Origin: Cyclobacteriaceae bacterium | GTDB taxonomy: Bacteria > Bacteroidota > Bacteroidia > Cytophagales > Cyclobacteriaceae | Assembly: GCA_016787605.1 (NCBI GenBank) | Contig: JAEUUE010000119.1 | Location: 40,267 to 104,266, forward strand | Direction: 5' to 3' | Length of the DNA stretch: 64,000 bases | Part shown: positions 17,439 to 25,744 of the stretch, piece by piece | Layout: every line of letters starts with the position of its first letter | Numbering within the stretch: position 1 is the first letter of the stretch | The notes under the pieces: model-generated | The model's input: only the letters and a program-made list of their open reading frames with translations | Database searches by the model: none | Told to the model about the DNA's origin: nothing | Position numbers and translations under genes: made by a program

Positions 17439-20234
17439 CTAGAGTACGACGTTCACGATACGACCCGGAACAATAATAACCTTCTTGGGCGTCTTCCCTT
17501 CGCTCCACTTCTTCAGTACTTCCGAGGCGAGCACCTGCTTTTCGATGTCTTCCTTGGGCATGTCGAGGGCAAACTCCATGGTAGCCCGCACTTTGCCGTT
17601 GATGGAGATCGGGTAGGCGTGTGAGTTGACTTTGAGGTATTGTTCGTCGTAGGCCGGGTAGCGGGCATTGAGAATGGTGTCCGGGTGGCCGAGCAGCGAC
17701 CAAAGTTCTTCGCTGAGGTGCGGGGCAAAAGGCGACAAGGCGATGACGAGGGGCTCGAGCACCGACCGTTTATTGCATTTCTGCGACGTCAGTTCGTTGG
17801 CACAGATCATGAATTCGCTCACCGACGTGTTGAAGGAGAAGTTTTCGATGTCGCTCTCCACTTTTTTCAGCGTCTTGTGGAGTACACGCAGTTCATCCCG
17901 GGTGGCCGGCTCATCCGACACCGAAAAGTTCCCGGCGGCATCATGAAACAGGTTCCAGAAGCGGCGAAGGAATTTATACACGCCGTCGATGCCGTTCGTG
18001 CTCCACGGTTTGGAGGCTTCCAGGGGCCCGAGGAACATCTCGTACATCCGGAGTGTATCAGCACCGTACTTGTCTATGATGTCATCGGGGTTGACTACGT
18101 TGTACTTTGATTTCGACATCTTTTCAATGGCGGAGCCGCAGAGGTACTTGCCATTCTCCAGTTCGAACGTCGCATCCGCATAGTCGGGGCGGGAGCGGCG
18201 AAAAGCTTCGATGTCCAACTCGAGGCCATTGACAATGTTCACGTCCACATGGAGCGGGTCGGTCTCATAATCGCTGAGCAGCCCGGCGGATACAAATTTA
18301 TTGGTGCCCCGGACGCGGTAGACGAAACGGGAATCGCCGGTGATCTTTCCCTGGTTGATCAGCTTTTTGAACGGCTCATCAAAATTGAGATACCCCAGGT
18401 CATGGAGGATCTTCACCCAAAGGCGGGAGTACAGCAGGTGAGCGACGGCATGCTCTGACCCGCCGATGTATACATCCACCTGGTTCCAGTAATCCAGGGC
18501 CTCGCGACTGGCGAACGCCTTGTCGTTGTGCGGATCCATGTAGCGGAGAAAATACCAGGCGGCACCGGCATGGGTGGGCATGGTATTGCTGTCGCGCTTA
18601 TGTCCGGGCGCGAACTCGATCCAGTTTTTCAGGTTGGCGAGCGGTCCCTCTCCGGTTCCGGAAGGCTTGAAGTTATCCGAGTCGGGAAGGGTGAGCGGCA
18701 GATCCTTGTCGTCCATGGCGAACGGCATGTCGTCACGGAAGACTACAGGGAAGGGCTCGCCCCAGTACCGCTGGCGGCTCCACCCGGCATCGCGCATTTT
18801 ATAGTTCACTTGTCGCTTGCCCGCACCCAGGCTTTCCAGTTTGTCCACGATGGCAGGAAGGGCCTCGCGCATGACCATGCCGTTGTACGGGCCTGAATTC
18901 TGCAGCACCGCATCATAGCTCGGGTTGGCTTCTTCGCCGTTGTAGGCTTCGCCGATGATATTCGTGATGGTCAGTTGGAAGTGTTTGGCGAACTTATGAT
19001 CGCGCTCGTCGCCGCACGGTACACCCATGATGGCACCGGTGCCGTAGCCGGCCAGCACGTATTCGCTGGTCCAGATGGGAATCTCGCGATCGCTCATCGG
19101 GTTGATGGCATACGCGCCGGTAAAGCAACCCGTCACTTTCTTCACTTCCGCCATGCGGTCAACTTCCGACCGGCTTTCCACGTAGCGGAGGTATTTCTCC
19201 ATTTCCTCCTGCTGACCAGGGGTGGTGAGTTGCTTCACCAACGTATGTTCCGGTGCAAGGACCATGAAGTCGACGCCATAGATGGTATCCGGACGCGTGG
19301 TGAACACTTCCAGAGGAACGCCATGATCCTTGACCTGGAATTTTACCAAAGCCCCTATGCTCTTTCCGATCCAGTTGCGCTGGATCTCTTTCATCGACTC
19401 GCTGAAATCAATCTCTTCGAGGCCTTTAAGCAGGCGTTCCGCATACTCCGTTATCCTAAGGCTCCATTGACGCATCTGGCGCTTCACTACGGGAAAACCA
19501 CCCCGGTAGCTGACGCCATTGATCACTTCGTCGTTGGCGAGCACCGTTCCCAGGGCTTCGCACCAGTTGACATCGGTGTACGCCAGGTAGGCGAGCCGGT
19601 AATTCATGAAGATGTCCTGCTTCGTCTTTTCCCCGTACGACTTCCACTCTTCGGCCGTGAAGGTCTCCTGGCCTGCGGGCGTGCGGTATTTTGTGTTGGG
19701 AAACGGATGGTTCTGGTTGCCCTCTTTTTCGAAGAGGCTCACCAGGGCTGCAATCCGTTCAGCCTTGCCCTTGCGGCGGTTGAACCAGCTGTCGAAAATC
19801 TGGAGGAAGATCCACTGTGTCCAGCGGTAGTACGCCGGGTCGCAGGTCTGAACCTCTCTCGACCAGTCGTAGCAGAAACCGATCCGCCCCATCTGCCGCT
19901 TGAAGTTCTCGATGTTTTGCCGGGTGGAAACGGCCGGGTGAATGCCGTGTTCGATGGCATACTGCTCGGCGGGCAAGCCAAAGGCATCGAAGCCCATGGG
20001 GTGCAGCACATTGAATCCCTTGATCCGCTTGAAACGGGCCACGATGTCGGACGCGATGTATCCCAGGGGGTGCCCCACGTGAAGGCCGGCGCCCGAAGGG
20101 TACGGGAACATGTCCAGGACATAGTATTTGGGCCGTGAGGGGTCGGTTGAGGTCTTATAAACCTGGTTCTTCTGCCAGAGGGCGCGCCACTTCTCTTCGA
20201 TGCGGACAATCTCTTCCTTGCTGTATTCGGCCAT
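17439..20234 (-). CDS. leuS: leucine--tRNA ligase
   Basis: 931 aa with the HIGH motif (LHVGHPLGY), the KMSKS motif, and a CP1 editing-domain-sized insert. Confidence 0.95.
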   Translation of the reverse strand: MAEYSKEEIVRIEEKWRALWQKNQVYKTSTDPSRPKYYVLDMFPYPSGAGLHVGHPLGYIASDIVARFKRIKGFNVLHPMGFDAFGLPAEQYAIEHGIHPAVSTRQNIENFKRQMGRIGFCYDWSREVQTCDPAYYRWTQWIFLQIFDSWFNRRKGKAERIAALVSLFEKEGNQNHPFPNTKYRTPAGQETFTAEEWKSYGEKTKQDIFMNYRLAYLAYTDVNWCEALGTVLANDEVINGVSYRGGFPVVKRQMRQWSLRITEYAERLLKGLEEIDFSESMKEIQRNWIGKSIGALVKFQVKDHGVPLEVFTTRPDTIYGVDFMVLAPEHTLVKQLTTPGQQEEMEKYLRYVESRSEVDRMAEVKKVTGCFTGAYAINPMSDREIPIWTSEYVLAGYGTGAIMGVPCGDERDHKFAKHFQLTITNIIGEAYNGEEANPSYDAVLQNSGPYNGMVMREALPAIVDKLESLGAGKRQVNYKMRDAGWSRQRYWGEPFPVVFRDDMPFAMDDKDLPLTLPDSDNFKPSGTGEGPLANLKNWIEFAPGHKRDSNTMPTHAGAAWYFLRYMDPHNDKAFASREALDYWNQVDVYIGGSEHAVAHLLYSRLWVKILHDLGYLNFDEPFKKLINQGKITGDSRFVYRVRGTNKFVSAGLLSDYETDPLHVDVNIVNGLELDIEAFRRSRPDYADATFELENGKYLCGSAIEKMSKSKYNVVNPDDIIDKYGADTLRMYEMFLGPLEASKPWSTNGIDGVYKFLRRFWNLFHDAAGNFSVSDEPATRDELRVLHKTLKKVESDIENFSFNTSVSEFMICANELTSQKCNKRSVLEPLVIALSPFAPHLSEELWSLLGHPDTILNARYPAYDEQYLKVNSHAYPISINGKVRATMEFALDMPKEDIEKQVLASEVLKKWSEGKTPKKVIIVPGRIVNVVL

Positions 20235-20264
20235 GCGGAGCTAGATCATTAATGGGATGGGACG

Positions 20265-20272
20265 CAAAAATA
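20265..20272 (-). promoter_or_regulatory. Bacteroidota -7 promoter box upstream of leuS
   Basis: The plus strand reads CAAAAATA, which is TATTTTTG on the minus strand, about 31 nt upstream of the leuS ATG at 20234. Confidence 0.4.
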
Positions 20273-20312
20273 ATCCAATGCGTCCACATGGCCATCCTGA
20301 AGGTACAGCCGG

Positions 20313-20930
20313 TTACCAGAACCGAGGCAGGAAGAACCCCGAGCGCTGCCGGTAGGAGGCAAACCCGGGGTACCGCGACAGCGACTTGTCTTTGCGGATC
20401 ATATTCGGGACAAAGACAAAGGCCACAAAGGCGGCCAGGACGACGAACGGAATCCAGTGCATGGCCAGCAGGGCAAAACTGGTGTAGATCAGCAACTCAC
20501 CGAGGTAATTGGTGTTACGGTTGCGAGCGAAAAAACCTTCGGTGATGAGTTGGCCGGGTGCGGCGGTCAGTGTGAAGTGCTTCTGGGCATCGCTTCCAAA
20601 ATGCAGAAACACACCCCATACGTTGAGTAGGACAGCCGCGAAGAGAACGGTATCGGGAGGTTCAACCCGTTGGGTGATCAGGATGACGGGGGCGGCCCAA
20701 TAGAGACACAGCGAGAAGAAGACCACGAAAGCATAAGGGACTGAAATGGACTGTTCCCACTGCCGGTCGGGGTACCACCGGTCCTTCAGCAGCCAGAGGA
20801 ATCCATAGGTTCCATGCAGGGCCAGGTACAGCAGGGCCGGCAATGAGTAGTTGTCATAGAAGTACATCAGGAAACCGACGACGAAGAAGGTGAGTCCTTT
20901 GTGAAGGTTAATGGGATGTTTGAGCTTCAT
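20313..20930 (-). CDS. DUF1295 / ICMT-like membrane methyltransferase-reductase family protein
   Basis: 205-aa polytopic protein. The motif RNTNYLGELLIYTSFALLA is typical of the DUF1295/steroid-5-alpha-reductase-like family. Confidence 0.55.
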   Translation of the reverse strand: MKLKHPINLHKGLTFFVVGFLMYFYDNYSLPALLYLALHGTYGFLWLLKDRWYPDRQWEQSISVPYAFVVFFSLCLYWAAPVILITQRVEPPDTVLFAAVLLNVWGVFLHFGSDAQKHFTLTAAPGQLITEGFFARNRNTNYLGELLIYTSFALLAMHWIPFVVLAAFVAFVFVPNMIRKDKSLSRYPGFASYRQRSGFFLPRFW

Positions 20931-20986
20931 AGGAATAATGCAGGACGAACTTAATGATTAGATTTGAGTCTGCCGGAATATCAACT

Positions 20987-21772
20987 ATGAATTGTGTCAA
21001 CTGCGGCGCCGATGTTCAAACCCCCTATTGCCCCGCGTGCGGGCAGCGGACAGGAGTCAAGCGCCTGACCTTTCGGGATACATTTGCCGATGTATGGAAC
21101 AACCTCTCGGGTTTTGACGGACTCTTTCTTCGAACCCTAAAAGACCTGACTCTCCGCCCCGGCCGTGTGGCCAACTCGTATATCACCGGGGTCCGGATCC
21201 GGTATTTCGGACCGGTGAGTTATTTCTTTTTTATGATCACCTTGCTCTTGCTGTGGACAAGCGTGTTGGGTTTTGATTTTGCGGATTTGATCCGCGACCG
21301 CCAGGATGCGCTGAGTCAGCCGGATCGAAAGGGGGTGGAACTGATGACCCAGTGGATTGGCGACAACATTAAATGGTTCCTGTTCTTTTCCGTTCCCTTT
21401 CAGGCGGTGGCGGCCCGCAGGTTTTTCTTTCGACGCTGCGGTTATAACCTGGTCGAACACACGGTACCTCTCTTCTACGCCAACGGTCACTTGTTTTGGC
21501 TTAGCATGGTTTCTGTAATGCTCAAGAAGATCACCGGTGACGAGTACATTGTATTTATTACCCTCCTGGAAGTCGGATACTTTGGATTCTTGTATGCGGA
21601 TCTCATGCGCTACCAATCACGGGCGAAAGCTTTCACGAAGGGCATAGCAGTTTACTTCACCGGTCAGATTTTATTCATTGCGGTCTTTACCCTTATCGTG
21701 ATGCTGTCTGTGCTGGTTCTTGCAGTGGTAAATCCCGAAGCACTGGAGTTGTTCAGGTCTTCTCGACCGTGA
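20987..21772 (+). CDS. DUF3667 domain-containing membrane protein
   Basis: N-terminal zinc-ribbon CVNCGADVQTPYCPACGQR followed by several TM helices. The ATG at 20987 is preferred over the ORF-track start at 20954. Confidence 0.6.
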   Translation: MNCVNCGADVQTPYCPACGQRTGVKRLTFRDTFADVWNNLSGFDGLFLRTLKDLTLRPGRVANSYITGVRIRYFGPVSYFFFMITLLLLWTSVLGFDFADLIRDRQDALSQPDRKGVELMTQWIGDNIKWFLFFSVPFQAVAARRFFFRRCGYNLVEHTVPLFYANGHLFWLSMVSVMLKKITGDEYIVFITLLEVGYFGFLYADLMRYQSRAKAFTKGIAVYFTGQILFIAVFTLIVMLSVLVLAVVNPEALELFRSSRP

Positions 21773-22112
21773 CCGCAGGGGTATCACCCGTGGGGGCGGT
21801 ATGTTTCAGTTCACGCTCCAGGAAATAGTTGAGCAAGGTTCGCAGGGCGGCGATGGCGGCCAGCTTGCCGATGTCGTCCCAGTTGGGTGCCACGGCCGTG
21901 CGCAGCACATCCGCAGCCAGGAGAAACTCCAGGGCCAGGGCCAGCGATTTGCCCAGCGTGAGGCGGATAACCATTTTGTCGGTCTGCTTCCTCGCGGTCA
22001 TGCGCACATAGTCGTAGCTGGCCCGCATGATGGCGTGGGCGATGATCAGCGCCGCGGCGGCGTCCACAATCATGCCCAGGAATAACGTCCCGTCTTTGAT
22101 GAATTCTTCCAT
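21753..22112 (-). CDS. DUF1622 domain-containing membrane protein
   Basis: 119 aa. The segment LTLGKSLALALEFLLAADVLRT matches the DUF1622 pattern. Its 3' end overlaps the DUF3667 gene by 20 nt (convergent). Confidence 0.55.
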   Translation of the reverse strand: MEEFIKDGTLFLGMIVDAAAALIIAHAIMRASYDYVRMTARKQTDKMVIRLTLGKSLALALEFLLAADVLRTAVAPNWDDIGKLAAIAALRTLLNYFLERELKHTAPTGDTPAVTVEKT

Positions 22113-22200
22113 TTGAAAAGCGTGGTCACAAGTTCAAGACCAACGCTATGTTTAGCCATGACGGGCGTCACGGCCGGGGCAGCTCCCAGGCTGAGAAAAG

Positions 22201-23295
22201 TCAAGGTTTCTGCGGGGCGGACATGAATTCGGCGAGGAGCCGGTGGAAGTGGTGGGTTCCCGTTTCTCGTGTAACCGAGTACCGGCCAAATTTGTAGAAG
22301 CGCGAACGGATGCCGCGCTGCACCATCTGCACGATTTCCTCGTCCTCTAATTCTACCTTGTCGAGGTCGGCACCGGCGCCTTGTCTCAGTTTGCTTTCAT
22401 CGTACACGTACGAGATAAACCTGACCCTCGTCTTCGAAACGCCGGCCGGCTGGATCACGTTGATCGACAACCCCCAGGGGTAAAAATTGAACATCAGGTT
22501 GGGGAATACCCAGAAATAATAGCTGGCCACCCGCTTGCCGTAGTCGGGTGAAGTCTTGGGCAAATCAAAGGCAAGCTCACCTTCCTTGGCGATTCCCAAC
22601 TGCAGGTTGGAATAGCGGAACAGCTCGACGGTATAGTTGCCATAGTCGATTACGGCGTTGAGGCCCGCATGGACAAACGGGATATGAAATCCCTCGAGGT
22701 AGTTCTCGCAATACAGCGCCCAGTGGGCGTCTACCAGGTATTCTTTCGAAAGATCGGGCCGATGTACAAACTGGTCGACCGGGAGCCAGCCCACCCGGCG
22801 AATCATGTCGCCGAAGAAGTCTTCGGCGGGAATCGTGCCGGTCAGGGAGGTGAACAGCCACTTGCCCCATTGAAAAAGCGGGAGGGAGGCGAGGTGATCG
22901 GTATCGGAAGGAAAACCTTTTACTTCCTTGAACTCCGGCATGCTCAGGAACTTGCCATCGAGGCCGAAGCGCCGTCCATGGTATTTGCATCGCAGGTCGC
23001 GCAGTTTGCAGGGGCGTTCAACCACCAGGTTGCCCCGGTGCGTGCACACGTTGGACAGGCAATGCAACTGGTTGTTGTTGTCGCGCGTAAGCACCAGTTC
23101 CTCGTTGATGAAGTGCTCCAGGAAATTGAATGGAGTGACCCATCCCGCCTCTTTGACCTGGTCTCCGTCACCGGCCAGTTGCCAGGATTTGGCGAAGATA
23201 AGTTCCTTGGATTGCTGATAATGCTTGCTGCTGAGGTAGAAGTCGACGTCGAGGGTCTTGGCCTCCGCGATATTGGGATCTACATAAAATGCCAT
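22201..23295 (-). CDS. Rieske [2Fe-2S] aromatic ring-hydroxylating oxygenase alpha subunit-like protein
   Basis: 364 aa. Rieske motif CTHRGNLV...CKYHGRRF (CxH-X17-CxxH) with a C-terminal catalytic domain. Confidence 0.8.
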   Translation of the reverse strand: MAFYVDPNIAEAKTLDVDFYLSSKHYQQSKELIFAKSWQLAGDGDQVKEAGWVTPFNFLEHFINEELVLTRDNNNQLHCLSNVCTHRGNLVVERPCKLRDLRCKYHGRRFGLDGKFLSMPEFKEVKGFPSDTDHLASLPLFQWGKWLFTSLTGTIPAEDFFGDMIRRVGWLPVDQFVHRPDLSKEYLVDAHWALYCENYLEGFHIPFVHAGLNAVIDYGNYTVELFRYSNLQLGIAKEGELAFDLPKTSPDYGKRVASYYFWVFPNLMFNFYPWGLSINVIQPAGVSKTRVRFISYVYDESKLRQGAGADLDKVELEDEEIVQMVQRGIRSRFYKFGRYSVTRETGTHHFHRLLAEFMSAPQKP

Positions 23296-23380
23296 GGCTC
23301 AGGTAATTGCTTAAATTTAGTAAATGAATTGACACGAGGGGCAAACAGGGACCTGTTCAAAAACCTAACACAGACGATCT

Positions 23381-23791
23381 ATGTCGGTCACCAAGTTCAT
23401 TTACCATGCGGCGCGGGTCATCGCCGCGATCATCCTGTTGCAGACCCTGTATTTCAAGTTTACGGCAGCGCCGGAGTCTGTCTACATTTTTACTACCGTG
23501 GGCATGGAGCCCTGGGGCCGGATTGGTGTGGGCGTGGTAGAGGCGGTGGCTTCCGCGCTATTGCTGGCAACGCCGTTGGCCTGGGTGGGCGCAGGCCTGG
23601 CGCTGGGCCTGATGGCGGGCGCCATGGGCATGCATTTTACATGGCTGGGTATTGAAGTTCAGGGTGACGGAGGCTACTTGTTTTTCCTCGCGCTTGCGGT
23701 TGCTCTATGTTCCTCTTTTGTTCTATGGTCGGACCAGGACAAGGTCTTGCAAGTGATGGAGAAATACCTGGGCAGAAAGAACCAGCAATAG
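23381..23791 (+). CDS. DoxX family membrane protein
   Basis: 136 aa with 4 TM helices. N-terminal RVIAAIILLQTLYFKFTAAPESV is DoxX-like. Confidence 0.6.
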   Translation: MSVTKFIYHAARVIAAIILLQTLYFKFTAAPESVYIFTTVGMEPWGRIGVGVVEAVASALLLATPLAWVGAGLALGLMAGAMGMHFTWLGIEVQGDGGYLFFLALAVALCSSFVLWSDQDKVLQVMEKYLGRKNQQ

Positions 23792-23792
23792 C

Positions 23793-24536
23793 CTACTTCT
23801 TTAGTTTGTCAAGCAAGGTCTGCAGGTCTTCCTGGTAGGCGGGGTGTGCTTTCAGGGCTTCGCGCAATCCTTCCGTGAGGTAGTTGGGAGCAGGCTTTCC
23901 TTCCTTGATTTTGGTGTACAGGTCCCTGAGAATGTCCAGGGCCTCTTGCGGAACGGTTGAGTCGCTACCCAGCTTGTTGTTGAACGCGGTCAGGGCAGCT
24001 AGCTTGGGATCGTCGGTAGATGTAAACGCCACCGTGGTTTGTTGGACCAGGCATTGATTGTAGGCGTCCACGATCTTCTCCAGGTCATTCCTGCCCAGCG
24101 AGTCTTCCTCGATCTTCTGTCGCACGTTGGCGCATTCGGCCAGGAAACGAGATACGGTCTTCTTGAAGCGAAGGGCGTTTACCTCCAGCGATTCCCCGGA
24201 TACCTTGACGAGGTAGGGGATGTTGAAGGGTGTACCCGGCGCCTGGCGGGCGTAGCAGAGGTTAACCATCCCGCTTTTGTGCAACCGCATGAACCGGAAA
24301 GCGTCCGGAACCCTTACAGGGATGAAGGTGTTGGTATCGATCCGTGCCACCAGAACCGTGTAGGCCTGATATTCCGTCTTCTTTTTGTCCACGGTAAGTA
24401 CGAGTCGGTCGGAGGTGTTATAACCGCTGATCGAAAGTTTTCCCCGTAGGGTATCCTTCCGGGTAGTGACCAGGTAGTCCTGCGCGTGTACGATGCCCGA
24501 GGCGAGAAGACCGACCGAGAGCCAGAATGATTTCAT
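23793..24536 (-). CDS. secreted hypothetical protein
   Basis: The internal start MKSFWLSVGLLASGIVHAQ gives a signal peptide. The upstream part of the 339-aa ORF overlaps the bestrophin gene and was rejected. Confidence 0.45.
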   Translation of the reverse strand: MKSFWLSVGLLASGIVHAQDYLVTTRKDTLRGKLSISGYNTSDRLVLTVDKKKTEYQAYTVLVARIDTNTFIPVRVPDAFRFMRLHKSGMVNLCYARQAPGTPFNIPYLVKVSGESLEVNALRFKKTVSRFLAECANVRQKIEEDSLGRNDLEKIVDAYNQCLVQQTTVAFTSTDDPKLAALTAFNNKLGSDSTVPQEALDILRDLYTKIKEGKPAPNYLTEGLREALKAHPAYQEDLQTLLDKLKK

Positions 24537-24629
24537 CCGGTTAGTATTTTGCGCTGCAAGTTTAAAGACATTTTTGGTAATCTGGCGAAACGGTTTCGGA
24601 ATGAGCCTTCGAATGCCGAATTTTACTGT

Positions 24630-25508
24630 ATGATCAATTATAACCCGAAAGCCTGGTACTCGCTGATCACCCATCAGTACAGCCGTCAGGTGATGCGTAC
24701 CCTGAGGCCGGTAATGATCTTCATGACCCTCTACACGGGCCTGATCTGTTTCCTCATTCTCGATTTCTTCAAGCTCAGTGAAGCCACCTTTCACAGTACC
24801 ATCGGCATGCACTCGCTGCTGGGTATTGTGCTGGGCTTGTTTCTCGTGTTCCGGACCAACTCGGCGTATGACCGCTGGTGGGAGGGAAGAAAGCTATGGG
24901 GGAGCATGGTGAACAACACCCGTAACCTGGCTCACAAGCTGACGGCCTTTCTGGGTCGTAACGACCAGGAGAACCGGGAGTATTTCATGCGGATGATCCC
25001 GAATTTTGTCATCTCCGTGAAAGAGCATCTTCGCCAGGGCGTACGCATCAAAGACCTGGAACCGGCCGGAGATGATTTTCTCCAGCGTCTCGATCAGGTC
25101 AAGCATATTCCCAACCGTCTTTCCTCGATGATGTACGAGCGGATCAATGAGCTTTATAAACGCAATGTGCTCTCCGGCGACCAGTTGTTTCTGCTGGACA
25201 AGGAGCTTAAGGAATTCGCCGATATCCTGGGGGCCTGCGAGCGCATCCGGAACACGCCGATCCCATACTCCTACAGCATGTTTTTAAAGAAGTTCATTTT
25301 CATCTACCTCATTACCCTTCCGTTCGGCTTCGTTACCGCGATGGGATATGTCACGATCGCCATCGTCATCCTGATTTCATTCGTGATCCTCAGCGTGGAG
25401 CTGATCTCGGAAGAGATTGAAGACCCTTTCGGCCGCGACATCAACGACCTCCCCACCGATGAACTATCGGTCAAGATCAGGGAGAATGTGCGCGAGATCC
25501 TTCGTTAG
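24630..25508 (+). CDS. bestrophin-family anion channel (UPF0187/YneE-like)
   Basis: About 292 aa starting MINYNPKAWYSL. Motifs FRTNSAYDRWWEGRKLWG and IRNTPIPYSYS are typical of bacterial bestrophin homologues. Confidence 0.75.
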   Translation: MINYNPKAWYSLITHQYSRQVMRTLRPVMIFMTLYTGLICFLILDFFKLSEATFHSTIGMHSLLGIVLGLFLVFRTNSAYDRWWEGRKLWGSMVNNTRNLAHKLTAFLGRNDQENREYFMRMIPNFVISVKEHLRQGVRIKDLEPAGDDFLQRLDQVKHIPNRLSSMMYERINELYKRNVLSGDQLFLLDKELKEFADILGACERIRNTPIPYSYSMFLKKFIFIYLITLPFGFVTAMGYVTIAIVILISFVILSVELISEEIEDPFGRDINDLPTDELSVKIRENVREILR

Positions 25509-25549
25509 CGCACCCGGGTTTCCGGGGAGGGATCAGGTCCCCGAGTGGG

Positions 25550-25672
25550 TTAAATCAGCACCGAGAAAATGACGTAGAGGAGGATGAGCACGATCATCAC
25601 GGCGTACATCACCAGGTCCACGCGAACGTACGCTTTGTATTCCTGGTAAAGTTCGCGCAGGCGTCGAAACAT
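25550..25672 (-). CDS. possible 40-aa single-TM small protein
   Basis: My own translation gives MFRRLRELYQEYKAYVRVDLVMYAVMIVLILLYVIFSVLI*. It is below the ORF-track cutoff and fills an otherwise empty 236-bp gap. Confidence 0.25.
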   Translation of the reverse strand: MFRRLRELYQEYKAYVRVDLVMYAVMIVLILLYVIFSVLI

Positions 25673-25723
25673 AACCTTTTGGTTGTTTTCCTTGTTAAAG
25701 GCAAAATAAACCAATTCACGTCA

Positions 25724-25731
25724 TATTTTTG
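25724..25731 (+). promoter_or_regulatory. Bacteroidota -7 promoter box upstream of the TonB-dependent receptor
   Basis: TATTTTTG lies 14 nt upstream of the ATG at 25745. Confidence 0.4.
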
Positions 25732-25744
25732 CGCCGCATTCCGC

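Noticed and set aside
18975-20138. A 387-aa plus-strand ORF inside leuS
   Set aside because: It is antisense to a gene with unmistakable HIGH/KMSKS motifs, has low-complexity composition and matches no family.
22669-23655. A 328-aa plus-strand ORF overlapping the Rieske oxygenase (antisense) and the doxX start
   Set aside because: It crosses an intergenic promoter region, and its composition is typical of antisense frames. Both annotated neighbours have clear family motifs.
24537-24812. An upstream extension of the 23793..24812 ORF
   Set aside because: A signal-peptide start lies at 24536. The extension overlaps the bestrophin gene on the other strand.
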